The notes beneath the pieces were generated by a model. It did no database searches and was not told the DNA's origin. It was given only the letters and a program-made list of their open reading frames with translations. From Chrysomallon squamiferum (taxonomy: Eukaryota; Animalia; Mollusca), in contig CM022679.1 of the NCBI GenBank assembly GCA_012295275.1, positions 10,664,001-10,728,000 on the forward strand: DNA of 64,000 nt. The letters are read 5' to 3'. How positions within the stretch are numbered: the stretch's first letter is position 1; each line of letters opens with the position of its first letter. Of this stretch, positions 1-14,628 are shown in pieces. Both the position numbers and the translations under genes were made by a program.

Positions 1-658
1 ATTCAGTTAAATAATATAAGTTAAACGGTATAGGTAGTATATTGTAAATATTTTAGGTTGCAAAATATTTCTTTACAATGGAAAAAGATGAGAGCATATT
101 GTAATTTAATAGTACTAGCGCTGTATAACCTGCTTAAAAAAAAAAAAAAATGAAATTAAAAAAAATATGTTCTTTAAGGAATTACTAGATATGACTTACA
201 GATGTTTCTGTTTACGTTTTATTTGATTGTGTGTTTATTGTGGTATTTGAAATTTTGAATTAAAATGAGTGCAGGTGTTAAACATATTTAATTTACTTGC
301 TGTCTGCTCAACATACACAAATGCTGTATGAATAATTATACAACGTTTTTGAAGTTTTTCTACACACATTTGCATAACAATATTGCGAATATTAATGTAA
401 AATGAATCATGACAGTATATAAATACATTTAATGGGAAAAAAGTTAGCAAACGATATATTGTGTGGGTAAGAAAGAGTGCATGTGTGTGTTGTTGTATAT
501 GAGTCACGACAGCCAGATATATAATGCATAATATGTAATATGTGATTCAAAAATAATACATTTCATTACAAAGTAATCTTAGAATTAACTCCGAAATTAT
601 ATAAATTAATTCAGAAAATTAATATTGCTGCAACTGATACTACCATTACTGCTACTGA

Positions 659-741
<83 letters not shown>

Positions 742-930
742 CTTACTGTAACTAATGTTAGAAAAGTGTTTGCAAAAAAGAAATAAACACATAATAATCT
801 CACTTTTTCTTGATATATTAATAATGTGCTTGAAAGGACTCCTGAATTTACTATTGCTTCCTATACGTTATATTGCAGCAGGTGCTGTAATGGATTCTGA
901 ATGACTTCATTAAGTACTTTTATTTTCCAG

Positions 931-2648
931 GGCATTCTTCTGGTATATGACATAACAAACAGATGGTCATTTGATGGTATCAACAGATGGATAAAAGAAA
1001 TTGATGAAGTATGGCTCTTTCACATGATATAAACAAACATCGTAATTTCATACTGTTAATGATGGGTTTAATAACCTAAGTAATATTGCATATGAAAATA
1101 AAGTAATTATATAAAGGTTGGAAGAAATGAAATTAAATATTAATTTTAAAAACATATTTAAAATATATTTCAAGTTCAAATTTGTATTTGTTTATTTATT
1201 TATTTATTTATTTTAAGTTTTAATTTAAAAAAAAAAGAAAATTAATTTTAAAAATATGCTTTGATTTAAAGTTAATAAAAATTATTTCTTTTGTGAGGTA
1301 CAAAATTTTGCAATGTACAAAATCTTGTAACTTACTCATTGTGTTTCCTTTTGTTGTTTTTAAATGACATTATTCCTCAGGTGAAAATTTAATTTAAAAT
1401 CTTTATGGGATCACTGTAAAAAATATATCATACTTGAAACTAATATGAACATATATTCACAAAAATATTTCTTAGTTTTTATTTATTTTATTAGAATTAC
1501 TCTGTTATTATTTTTTTCCATTTGTTATGTTCCTGAATTAATGAAATTTTCAGTTTATTTTTTTTCAATTTACCTCCTTCATATGGTTATATATGACTTT
1601 TATGTTATTAAGACCACTCTTTAAAAAAAAATATATATATTTTATAGCATGCACCAGGTGTGCCTAAGATTCTTGTTGGAAATCGACTTCATCTTGCTTT
1701 CAAACGTCAGATAAGTGAATCAGCAGCAGAGACATATGCCATTAAGAATGACATGGCTTTCTTTGAGGTCAGTCCTCTCTGTGATTTTAATGTGACTGAA
1801 TCATTTGCCGAATTGTCAAGACTTGCTCTCAAACGAAATGGAATAAGTCGAGCATGGGGTCATAATAAAGGTAATTACAATATTCAGTGAAATTAAATTG
1901 AATAAGTAAAGCATGGAATATAATAAAGGTAATTTTAATTTTGAATGATGAAACAAATTGAAAAAATGGGCATGGAGTCATGGTAAAGGTAATTTTAATT
2001 TTCAGTGTTTAGAATTGTTCTTAATTTCTTTATTGTGGATTTTTGACTTTGTTTAGTTTTTATTATGTTAATTGTATTATTTTATAGTAGCATTTGATTA
2101 ATGAAATAACATTAATATTATGAATGTGTTGTGATATTATTATAAAATATCCTTTCAGTTGTAAATATATGCATTTTTAGATATTACCATTGGTTATTTT
2201 TTTAATATCTTATATTTAAAATTGGGAGTCCATTTATTTCACAAATCATCCAGTCTTTTTAATATTTAAGCCTTTAGAAATTTTTATTTCTGTTTCTGTT
2301 TTCTGTTTCTGTTTCTATTTCTGTTTCTGTTTTTAATTTTATTTATATTTTTATATTTATTTTTATTTTTAATTTTTTGTTTGTTTTATTTTTATTTATA
2401 TTTTTACAGTCCTGAGTTTACAAGAACTTGCTTGCCGGACGGTAGTATCAAGTACGACCATATATGGAATAGAGCAGCTGCCACTGCCATGTGCTCTGAA
2501 ATCCCACCTAAAGTCTTACGCTCTGACTAACAAGACCAGAGCCAGAATGCTGAGCTTCGTTCACCGAGACAAACACAAAAAAGTCAAGTATTTGAATCCG
2601 TGCGATTCACCGCCAATGAACTGTCGAAAGAGCTGCACAATTAGCTAG
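931..2648 (+). CDS. RAB40: Ras-related protein Rab-40 (Rab GTPase + SOCS box), last three coding exons; 5' exons lie outside the window
   Basis: GT-AG exons 931-1008 ([26 protein letters not shown]), 1648-1870 ([21 protein letters not shown]...[12 protein letters not shown]...) and 2410-2648 (SOCS box [13 protein letters not shown]...[11 protein letters not shown], ending in [12 protein letters not shown]). Splice phases are consistent. GNRLHL and EVSPLC are Rab40-diagnostic. Confidence 0.96.
1836..2008 (+). repeat. Three degenerate ~58-60 bp tandem copies of the Rab40 exon end plus 5' splice site
   Basis: Unit aaat(g/t)gaa..a....gcatgg.gtcat..taaag|gtaatt, with GT at 1871 (true donor), 1929 and 1989. 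Confidence 0.85.
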
Positions 2649-4978
2649 CATTTGGAATGGATTTTAATCTGAGGTCAAATAATAAACAATTATTTTTGAA
2701 GTTTTGTTTAGTGACCTGTGGATTCTTGTTAGCTGTGTATTTTATCGGAAAACACAGTGTAATTTAAATGTCCTGTCGGCGTTTCAGGTTTTTTTTAACT
2801 ATTTGATCTTTGTGACAGTATAGCTCTTGTATTTGTGATCTTCCTCAAGACTGTTTTTAAATTATTTATTATTAATGTCATCCAAATGTGTACAGTTGTC
2901 TTAATGTTGACTCCTTTTATCTTCACTCATGTTTCGTTATTCATTCAGGAAATGGTACTTCTTACTGCATTTTGATATAGATTTGTTGTTTAGAAAATAA
3001 ATATATACATTTTTTTTTTTTTTCTAAAGTCAAAAAATAAAATAATAGTAAAAAAAATAAAAAAAACAGTAAAAAACTACATTGATAAAGAAGAATAGTA
3101 ATAACAAATTTAAAATATAAAAACAAAAAACAATGAAACAGGCAGTTATTTTACATATTCATTGTATTTATATTATGCAGAAAGACTAAATGTGAAAAAA
3201 AAAGTTAAATAAATAAAATGGTAAAAAAAAGTTTTAAAATTTAAAAAATATATAAATAACTACTTTTAAATAACAATGATAATAACACACAAAATTGTTA
3301 TTTATTGTATATGTTTTGGGGCTTCTTCTAGAAAATACTATGTATTTATCATTAAGAATAAAATTTTAAAAAGAAGCATGATTATCTGGTGTACACTATT
3401 AATAGATTTTAAATTCCATCAAATTGGTTAAGTCATAAATAATCCCAAACCATATAAATAAGTCATCATTTTTTGTAAAGCATTTTCATTCATAATCCTA
3501 AACTTTAAGAATATAGATTCAAATGTTACTGTTGAAGAAAATGATTTTTTAATTATTGATTCATCAAAACAGTTGTCTCAGTCATCACAAACTTTTAACA
3601 TTGTTCATTTGTTTTTAAAAAGTGAAGGCCCACCATGAATTTCAGTTAAATATATATAAATTATGAATATATGGTAAATAAATTCTCATAGATGTGTGTA
3701 GTGCTGTTGTTGAGTGGATTAGTGTTAGTTTTGAAATTGAAAATATTTTAGTAGAAATTAGAATCATAGCCTGTTGATTATGTAGAAATGTTGGTTTCAG
3801 AAAAAAAAAAAAAAAAACCCCATAATTCATCTAGTTCACTGTTACCTGTTGTTGAATTTATTCTGTGTTTAATCAAATAGATTATTTTAATTTCGTTTCA
3901 TTTACTGTTGAGAATATTGCAGAAGAAAACTTCTATAATGCAATTTTAGATATATCTTGTATGTATGTAAATGGCTGTTTTTTTTAATTATGATGCTGTC
4001 AAGTCTCTAAGTGATTTATGTTAAGGAATATATAAAGTTTAATAAAATGAATTATGTTGTGGTATTTTTTTATACCTTAACCATATTTGGTTGCAGAGCC
4101 ATTGAACAATTATGATCTTTTGCAGTAACATTTTTTTTTCAAATTCATAAGAAGTGTAACTCTTCAAAACTAATCTTACCCAGAGTTGCGGGTCCTTAAG
4201 TTTTTTTTTTCTTTCAACATTTATAAAACTCAACATTTCAAAGACAGACTTTAATAGGAATCAGACTATTTTTTTAATTTTATTTTTCTTAATTAACAAA
4301 AATTATAAATAGTTAAAAATGTGCATAAGAAAGTCATAAAAAATATATTTACTGTGGTTGTTAAAAAATACCTCATTTTTATCCATGTTGCAAACAAAAT
4401 CATATTACAGGTAGAATTTGAAACACAGCTAAAAATGAAATGGACTAAATTATGTGCAAAGATTCTTTAAAATGATGATTTGTTTAAAACATTACTGTTA
4501 TCAACACATCTGAACAAACTACTAATTTGTTATGTGTGAATATACATTGTGAATGTTAATACAGTGTAATATGGTTGTGTTGTGTTCCGTGTTGTAGACT
4601 TTATTCAGCTTGTACATATTGGTGCTATTTTGTTGTCAGAAACTTTTCTATATAAGCTGATGCTCTATATTTTTGTGTTTTGTGATGCTGCCAAATGGCA
4701 ATGATTTCTGATGTATTTAAATGAAGATAATGGTTTCTTTTTTCTTTTCATTCTTTTCTCAGCTTTTTTTTTTTTTAAATTAAAAAATGGGGATTATATA
4801 TTTAAAACAAATTATTATCACTATTTAGGGCATGTAATTATGATAAAATATTGATGAGAAACTTTTATTTATTTTTTTTTGTTATTTATTCCATTTATTT
4901 TTCTAGACAGTATGGAAATTATCAAAACTAGAAATTAAATTAGTAAAAAATCTCAGTACATATTTTTATTTATTTATT

Positions 4979-5023
<45 letters not shown>

Positions 5024-7556
5024 TAGAAATAATTCATAGTAACTTCCCAATGCTTTACAAATGTGAGGTGTGAATGTAAATGAAATATTATTTGATATTC
5101 AATGCATATTTGTGAAATGGATTAAACATAGAGAAACTTTATTTTAATTATGTGACGTAAAAATGAAATCTTTGCTCAAGATAAATGGCAAATAATAATA
5201 CTTAGTTTGTCAGATATAAATACATGATATAACAATTACATGGAATAAAATCAGGGAATTTTCTGCAGTCTTTATAAAAACAAAATTCTTACAAAGGAAC
5301 ACCAGATTTTTATTCTTTCTTTTCCTTTTAATCTGTAATAAATTCATATTTTTGATTATATATATATATATTTTTTTTTTCTTGCAAAAATATCTAATAA
5401 ACAATAATATAGCACATTCAACTCAAAGGTGAATTCTGTTCTTAAATGTTATTAATTTATAGTCTATCACATGATTCTTAAAGGCATCACAGGATCTATT
5501 TTTAAGCATATATTTCATGTTTCATTTGTTTTTAAATTGTGGAGTCATTTTAATATTTTCATATTTAAATGCATAACATATATGATATATAAAATACATG
5601 CATATGCATGAGATACATGTTGATTTTTATTATCTGTAATATAAAACAGCATTTATCTACATTTTAATTAAGTTCAGAGTTGCAGGGTAACAACTATATA
5701 AACCTTTAATGAAATGTTTTTGGGGTCATTTACTTTTCTAATATGCTGGCATCATTTTATATTGTTAGTTTGTATTTTTTCCTTATTTATTTTGGAATCT
5801 TTACACTTATACCTTTTTTTTTTTTTTTTTAATTTTATTATTATTTTTGTTAACTATACTAACATGTATTAAAGTATCTTGAAATTACAGCTAACAGTTC
5901 AGGCCAAATTATGTCAGAGCACAGAAAATAATATATTAAACAGTTCATATCAAATGCTGTGAGAAAAATCAAAAGATTAAACCAAAAAATCTTTATTAAT
6001 AATTAAAAAGAATATTTGCTCATTCTGTAGTGTTTATGTAAATATGTAGTGTTTTCATAGTCAGAGTTGTTACTTTTACACTTCATATAGTTAAAACAGT
6101 ATCTGAAGCGTGCAGAATCTGACATTCCTTCATAGCTCATTCTTTATATTAACTGGTATTTAGAGATGCTTCATCTGTGCCAACTTCTTTATTATTTCCT
6201 AACTGTATTTTATGCCACATTTTTCTTTTAAATAAGTAAGGTGTAAGTTTTCAGAATTTTTTTTTTTTTTTAACCAGCTAATCCTGATGGTGTGATTAAG
6301 TACAAGTAGGTAGTGGTGTAAAATTTTAAAATAACAATATAAATGAATTGTGATTTTTAAATTTTATTATTACATTTTTTTTTTTTTTCTTGAGGGAGAG
6401 TGGTTGTGTATGGATGAATGTGTAAGGATAGAGGGTATGAGTGGAATTAAAATGTGAGTGGGCCTAGTATGATCTCAGCACATTACTGTTCGATTAAATG
6501 ATAGGCCTAGAGCTTAACAGTTCAGTTAAAAACAGCTTTAATTTTTCCTTTTCTTTCATGCTTTCTTTTTTTTAAAAACAACTAAAACCTTTTCATTATT
6601 TCCATTTTCTTGTACATCTTGGTCATGATTTATTCTTTAAGTTTTTATATTTTGTTCATTAGGATTTTCTTTTTAATACATTTTTTTTCAGTTATTCAAT
6701 TTCTGAATTCAGACATCCAGATACACATTTTTTGAGAAGTATAGATCATTAGGATTTTTGTTTCATGTTTATGTGTTTACCTGTTGTATTACTTTGAAAA
6801 TATTTCTCACATTTGTAAATATCTGAATGTATTGTGAAAAGAAAAGTAAAAAGTGGCTCCTATATTTCTTTGTTTTTATTTATATATAAACAATAGTGGT
6901 GATGATGACAATCATTTTCTTTTCTTCTTCAACGTTGTCGTCTTATATACAAAAAAAACGAGGATAGAGAACGAAAACAAGCAAAAAGAAACGATATAAA
7001 TGACATTTTTACAAACTTTATTTGTGGGAGGTTAGTTAAATATATTTTATGAAGCACTGATGGTTGTCTTCGTAAAGACATAACATTATATATGTGTATA
7101 TATATCAGCTTCAAAACATGGACTAAAATAATTGAAGTTCGATTAATATTGTTTCATACGACAAAAATATTTCATGATCCACTACTGACGTCTTCAGTGT
7201 ATAGACGCGCCAACATTTGCGTTATAATTATTTTTAGTATACATCATAAAAAGCAGTTCAGTTAGGACAATATGTGATGATTCATTACTGTTTTATGTTA
7301 ATGGATTAAATAAGAATGCCGCTATGAAATTATAGGAAAAGAAGCATGTAATGAATAAAATGATGTAACCATTTACGCATGTACAAGAATTCATGCTTCG
7401 TTCGTAATTGTATCCATGCTTATCGGCGCACCTGTCTATATTTTTATAACTACTAAAACATTAAAATTAGTCGTCTATATTAAAAAGAATTAAATAAAAG
7501 TTATAGTGAAGATATAGTGACAGTAATATGAAATGTTGTTGTTGTTATTGTTGTTG

Positions 7557-7614
<58 letters not shown>

Positions 7615-10012
7615 AAGTATTGTCATTTATTTATTTATTTATTTATTTAACGAAGACACAGTCATACGTATTTCGAAACAGTAACCAAAATTTTAACGCG
7701 TGAAAAATGAAAACAAGATGCAGTTGTCAACACTCGCATCGGTATCATCCATCTTCATAAGTTCATTACTCTGTAGTATTCGGTAAAACAATTACTTCAA
7801 CAACATCCTGTTGTATTTCTCCTCTAGAAGCATTAAAATGATAACGAAGGCAATAATTTCCTTCTTGTCAGGTTGTCTTGCCAAACAGAAGTCTTTGACA
7901 TTTTGGCACAATTCCCAATATTTTCAATTTTATCTTTTTGCACTCTCTCCTTAGCTTCCCACTGACATCACCGTTTTGCTTCCTGTTCCGCGAAAATCTC
8001 TTTTCAGAAAATAACTTATTCCCGAAAGTGATCGCTTTCTTTCTCTCAACTCATCTTTGGATTCGGAATACTTTGATTCACACCGAGTCTGTGAAAATGG
8101 TAAGCTGATTACAGTATTTTGAATTAATTTATTTCAAATTTTAAATATCGATTTTAAAATTAATCGATCAAACGTTCTCTTTTAACTGAAAGTGGAAACA
8201 GAAAGTGATACTCATGTAAATGGCCAAGGTTATTGATACATTTGCATGTGTACTGCACGTGGTGTTTCATAAATTAATCTGTTTTTTAACTGATTCTTGG
8301 TGAATAATGCTTTCCGAAGTTAAAAAAAGATATATAAAGACCAATTGAATTAATTATTAATTAACTAATTAATCTATTAATTTATTTATTAATTAATCTA
8401 TTAATTCATTAACTAATTAATCTATTAATTTATTGTTATTATTATTATTTTTTAAATATATACTTTTTTCAAGTCTATAGATATATTCCATTTTAATTCA
8501 TTTTTGAGAAACTAAAAAAAAAAAAAAAAAAAAAATAGGTTGATCCATGTCTAAAACCGTAGACAACCAATTTAGTCGTGTGTACTTAGTTGTTATCCTA
8601 CAATTTTTTCACTCGCGTGCAGAATGTTGAATACATTAACACAACCTGTTGTTACTTTCAATGTGTTCATAGTCACTAAGAATAGTTTTTAAAAAAAATA
8701 TGAAAAAAAAAAAAAAAGTATCAACACCCACAATAAAGTTGTCATCCCCATCCCTAATTAGTCTAGTATGGGAGATATGCCGTCTAATTATTGAAAATTT
8801 AGTTCATAAAAGGATGTTAATCCGTCTGTGTGGAACTCGCTCGCGAATCAACATAGACACTGAGAAACAGGCAAACAGAAGAGCGTTATTTAATGTAAAT
8901 AGCGAAGCGTTCATCTCGATGGTTCCTTGGGTAAATATAACTTCAAAGAAGCTGTATGTATTAGAGTCTTAATTGCACGCATCAACTCCAATTTCAGACC
9001 GAATGACTCGCCTTAAAACGCAGTCAGTCAAAAGGTAAAGAAGAACATGACTGGGATAGGGTCGCAGCGTAACGCCAAAGACAGTCAAGGTAGATAATTG
9101 AGTTAAGAGGCGTGCTAGAACGTTGCTTAAAATACACACGGCCTGAAAGTAAACTGTCTTTTTTTTATAGCGTTTCCAAACTTATATTTTGTTTATTTAT
9201 TTTGTATCGTTGTCTGTTTATTTACAGTAAAGTTATTTACTATTGCTTTTAGTTCCTTTTGAAACAACAAATACAGGAATATAATACTGTTAATAATTAT
9301 AACCATTTAAACAAGGTTTTTATTGAATGGATATGATAAATTAACAAAACAAAACAACGAAAAAAAAAACAACAACATACAACTAGAAACAAAACATTAC
9401 GTAAGTTTTGTTTACGTCTAGAAAAATAAAATAAAATAGAATCACAATTAAATAAACTAAACGTTTTATTTCCGGTAACTAGAGATACGTGCAACAGTAA
9501 TAACATTGGAAGCATTTTCATTATGATCGTCATTATTATTACATATACATTGTATATTGTTGTTTGAAGTAGTACAAAACATTATTGCCATAAAATAAAC
9601 TGAAAGAAACAATTTACTTAGCATATTTACTATAACATAACGAATTCGTTTATACTATGAACTACGATTCATACGATTACTTCAATACTTTGTCTGCGTC
9701 ACGCATTTTCAACAATGGTTTGTTTTTAACAAGTAGCATCAATTGTATTTCGAAATACATTTCAATGTTCAGAAAAAATAATAAGAAAAAAAAGTTCTTT
9801 TGTTGATTATTTTTTCGGAACCCTGGGTTTTACATGGGATTTTCAGTTAACAAAAGAAACGCATGTTATCAGTTTTATGTAAACGCTACAGGCAGTGGAT
9901 GTTACTGAGGTTAATACAGAACAGAGATAAATTATGTACGGACACACACTTTTCTGATGTAATAAAAACTTTTATTCTTATTTCTGCAAGTACATTTATC
10001 CCCATCTTTTCT

Positions 10013-10047
<35 letters not shown>

Positions 10048-10969
10048 TATATGCTTGTGTATAGGTATGTCTGAATGTGTTTACGTATGTATGCGTATGA
10101 AGGTGTGTATAAACAAATAAAGAAAAGTAGTCTGAATGTTCAAAAAGAACTCATAAAAACTACTTCCGGTTCACTTCGTGCATATCGTTTTGATTACATT
10201 TGTTTACATAATGTGCTAAAAACTTTAAAGAGAACACAATAGTAACATCAAACAAACCACGGAAAACAAATAAATATTCGCTTAAAAAGAAAGTAATAAG
10301 TAAAATAAAGATGTCAAGTTAATTATTTGATTTCACAGCCGTCTATCATGATGTCAGATTTCATATAAATTTTAAGAAATAACCAGTCAGTTTAGAATTT
10401 AATGTGCATGGAATACAACTTCATCTGTTCGTTAAAGATGATTTGAAAGTTATTAAATTACAAGTAAGTAAATATTTCATGCGACTATTTATTTTATTAT
10501 TTATTATAATGTTTATGCAATACACTATACTATACTATACTATACTATTCTATACTATACTATAACTATACTATTCTATACTATACTGTTCTATACTATA
10601 CTATACTATAACCATACTATTCTATACTATACTATACTATAATATAATATATATATCTCTCTCTCTGTCTATCTATCTATTTATCTATATCTATCTTTAA
10701 ATATATTAAAGACTTAATAAAACAAAATATATACAAACAGATGATCTTGAATGGCTGTACATCTATGTTGTTGTATGTGTGTAAGTGTGTTTGTGTGTAT
10801 GTATGTATGTATATATTGTATTTACACATGTATAAATCTGTCTCTCTGTGTTTTCCTGTCTTTCTATCTGTCTGCAGAATAAACACGTATTGTATTTATT
10901 TTTTTTTAAAGTAGTTTTTGAAATGTCTCACACTGACGATTAATTCTTAAATACCTCTACATCATCTGC

Positions 10970-11060
10970 CATGTGACTGTATGTAGAATGGGATAAAAAG
11001 ATGCTCCGTTGTTGATCATCGCCCATTTGATTAAGACTAGTCTGGGTTTTCTGCTCCCAT
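10970..11060 (+). mobile_element. Degenerate tRNA-SINE central-domain remnant (mollusc Meta/Nin-SINE-like)
   Basis: ctgtatgtagaatgggataaaagatgctccgttgttgatc...gggttttct resembles a gastropod SINE core recalled from memory (ctgtctgtgggatggtgcatataaaagaacccttgctgctaatc...gggtttcct). Not database-verified. Confidence 0.35.
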
Positions 11061-11231
11061 AAACAAGTTTGTTTATGTCTTTACCGGGATTTCTACATTA
11101 GTTCGTGGATCATCACTAATTCTTAGCAAATTGTTGGAAATTAGAGGTCAACTGAAAATGACATGCCTCACTTGTGGGTCTCTAGTAAATATTGGGAAGC
11201 AGTCAACCATGGTTGAAGTGAATGGTTAAAA

Positions 11232-11312
<81 letters not shown>

Positions 11313-11405
11313 TTTGAATGAAAAGCTTATTGTATCACATTTGAAAACATTACTTTAGCAATAATGCATTTTTAAGAATTATATTTATAATCAACATCAT
11401 CAATA

Positions 11406-11469
<64 letters not shown>

Positions 11470-12675
11470 GATGTTACTTTTGTGAATATGAGAAAGGACG
11501 AATAAATAAATAAATAAATAAATAAATAAAAGAAGAAAGAAAAAGAAATTCAGAAACATTTTATAGCTACAGTTACTTTGATTTTGTTTTCTTTATTAAT
11601 AATAGACCAAGAAAAATAAAATTAAATATAATAATATCTGACGTAAACGTGTTTTGAATTATTTAGGATGGGCTTTGTTTTCCACTTCATTAATCATTTT
11701 ACATCATTTGGGAAGATGAATATAAAAAATAAGCATATAAAATAAAATAAAAAGATTTTCATGAGTCCTACCTGGGCTGCATCCCTGTCCACACTTACTA
11801 ATAGATTCACTTCAACATGGTCCCTAACAGATGAAATATTACTAAAACATTAATGTATTCCCTTTAAACATTACTAGAAGTTCATTTCGTTTCTACACCA
11901 TAAAATCTACACCAAGAACTCGCAAAAACAGATCCAATATACATCACCAGGCTTTGTCGATTTAACTGAACTGTTTGTACAGTATGACAGCGAAATTCTA
12001 AGTCGGTTGTAAATATATTCGCATAACCTGAGTGTATCGATGCAAATATTTGTGCTTGAATTGTATCACATTAGTGTCCTAAGATAGTTAATTAAATCCC
12101 ATATTTGTCACATAGCAAAACTCCAACACCACCTGTTCCTTCAAGAACATAAAACTACAATAATAATTTAACAAATTAAAAAACCTTTGTATAGTATTAT
12201 AATGAAATAAATTTTTAAAAAATTTTTAAAAAAATAATAAAAATAGATTTTTTGAAGCTAAAATTTGAATCTTTTGAGAAAAGCAACAATATATTTAGCT
12301 GGATCAGTTAAAGATAAAATCGAACGTTTACGGAATCAAGAAATGAGTTTTACGTTTTGATTTCAGGTGCTGTTCAACGGAACTGATAGTTGTCTTTGTT
12401 CAAGGACAGACATTCAAACACACAGTGACGGTCGCGTTGACAGGATCGTAAGTTAATCATTGGAAGGGGTTTTCGTAGCCAGTTCTTTAATGTTATCGTG
12501 TATGAAGAGTTTTTGTTTCCTGTGAACAAATAATGGTGATTTAGAGACCAAAGGTAGGTTACAATTTGTTTGACCTGATCATTTGTTTCATGCACAAGGA
12601 GGTATAGCCACAGAATGAATAATGAAATAAATGAACCAATGTCCAGGCTTAATATCATTTAATATCAATGCTTAT

Positions 12676-12957
12676 CAAGGCAGGCCTTAACGGCTGCGAT
12701 CCCTGTTTGGAATATTTTTAGCGGTGCCTTCAGGTTTTATTTTAATATATACAAAGCATACTGTGCTATTTTGTCTGGATTCTTATATAAACATTAACTT
12801 ACTAATTTGTGTTGGTTTATAATAAGAATTTACAAGTTTTTCTTGTTTTAGAAGCCAGTTTATTTGACAAGACTAGAATATATTACGTTAAGGCGGTGCC
12901 CCTTGGAACCCAGGACCCGAATGGGAGCAGCTGGCTTTTGGCTTAAACAAAGCCTTG
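12676..12957. mobile_element. Non-autonomous hAT-like (Tip100-type) MITE
   Basis: Imperfect TIRs caaggcaggccttaa ... ttaaacaaagccttg. Flanking 8-bp TSD atgcttat (12668-12675) / atggttat (12958-12965), 7/8 identical. GC-rich subterminal gcggtgcc motifs surround an AT-rich core. Confidence 0.6.
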
Positions 12958-13000
12958 ATGGTTATTAAGTATCATAAGCTTCGTGTACAATTTAAATAAT

Positions 13001-13110
13001 AGAGGGGAAACCAGCTACTGCGATTTCACCAGCAACTCGTATAGATCAGAAGCAAGAGATATTTTATACAAACACAAAACCATATTCAGGCTTTGACTAA
13101 CCAGTCACAA
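13001..13110 (-). mobile_element. Degenerate SINE central-domain remnant
   Basis: aggggaaaccagctactgc...gatcagaagcaagagatattttata...accatattcaggctttgactaaccagtc resembles the reverse complement of the same recalled mollusc SINE core. Confidence 0.45.
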
Positions 13111-13139
13111 CAAAAGACAAATCTTAACCGTTCATATTA

Positions 13140-13760
13140 CAACCCAGCGCGTCAGGAGCCTACCCGCGTATTCCAAGGGTAAAGCGACGCCCGGGCTAGC
13201 CTTGGGTGGGGACGTGTGTTCTGTCGCAAAGCCATGCTCTCTGTGGGGCAGCCGCTAGCGTAAACTTACGCGTTGCTGTTCTTTTTCATGTTTGCGGAAA
13301 TTAGACTTGGGCAAATTGAAGTAGGTCGTAAAGTAAATACAACAAATTCATGCAAAGAGCCAGCGTATTACGTTTAGAGAGTTTCAGATAGGAATACGCC
13401 GTCGACTTGAATTTCTAATAGCGTAACCTTAACGATAGACCGCTATCGCTCAGAGTTCTCTGTTCTCTGATTTCACAGTTTGTCATTTTGCTGCTGTTCA
13501 GATCCAGAATCTAGACCTGCCACAAAGATAAATAAGCGATATACGGAATATTAAAGGTGTGAAAATTAAAGTATCTAAATTAGGAGTTGAAAGAACTGGC
13601 AGAAAGAAGCCTCTGGGAACTGATAATAAAGTGTCTGTTGACTGGAACGAAGAACTAAAACTAAAAAATAAAAGGATATATACGTATATAACTCGGTGAA
13701 GTGTAGAGGTGTTTTGTAATCTTACCTTGGGATAAAACGACTGTAAATTTCCTATTTCAG
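13140..13760 (+). promoter_or_regulatory. Candidate promoter and non-coding first exon of the astacin gene
   Basis: Locally GC/CpG-rich block (13140-13450, including gggtgggg) followed by unique sequence that ends in a strong donor cag|gtaaga at 13760/13761. A further putative UTR exon lies at 16636-16769 (acag|...ctgcag|gtaaat). The link to the astacin gene is inferred. Confidence 0.4.
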
Positions 13761-14174
13761 GTAAGAATATGAAGAAGAATTTTTAATTGTAATGTTTTGA
13801 ATTATAATTTCTCCATTCATCGGCACCACTACCACTATTACTACTACTACTACACTACTACTATTACTATTACTCTTATTATTACTATTACTACAGCTTC
13901 TATTATTATTATTGTTGTTATTGTTGTTGTTATTGTTTGTTTTTATTATTATTATTTTTTGAACATTAAACATTTAAATAAATCTACTTTTGACAACACA
14001 TTTCGGTTATTAAATATATACAAATTCAAATTATGAGAATTTATTGTGATACTAAACAATATAAAATCAGAAATAATTAACAAAAAATAACAAAACAAAA
14101 CAAAATAAAAATAAGATAAAATAGTGACACTGTCTTCATCTTTTACTTCTTACTATTATTGTTGTTATTAATTT

Positions 14175-14209
<35 letters not shown>

Positions 14210-14397
14210 TATACTTTTAATGTATGATTTCTTTGTTATGAATTTTTGGCTTTTATTATTTTTCTGTAATGAACATTTCATATTTTTTTCTTATAAATGA
14301 ACATTTTTAAGATATTGTTAACATCTTAGAAATTTTCATTGATGAATTTTTATTTTTTTTTTTTTTTTTTTATTTATTTATTTATTTAATTTACGCC

Positions 14398-14577
14398 AGT
14401 CTAAGAATATCTAAACAACAAATTAAATGAATCTTTAACCACTTAATTCTGCAACTATTAATTTTAACAGTATATTGAAACAAACAAATAAACAAATTAA
14501 TTAATTAATTCAATCACTGTATTTTATCGGTTGGCAAAATAAACAACTGGAAAAAAAATATTAATAAAAAGAAATAA

Positions 14578-14628
<51 letters not shown>

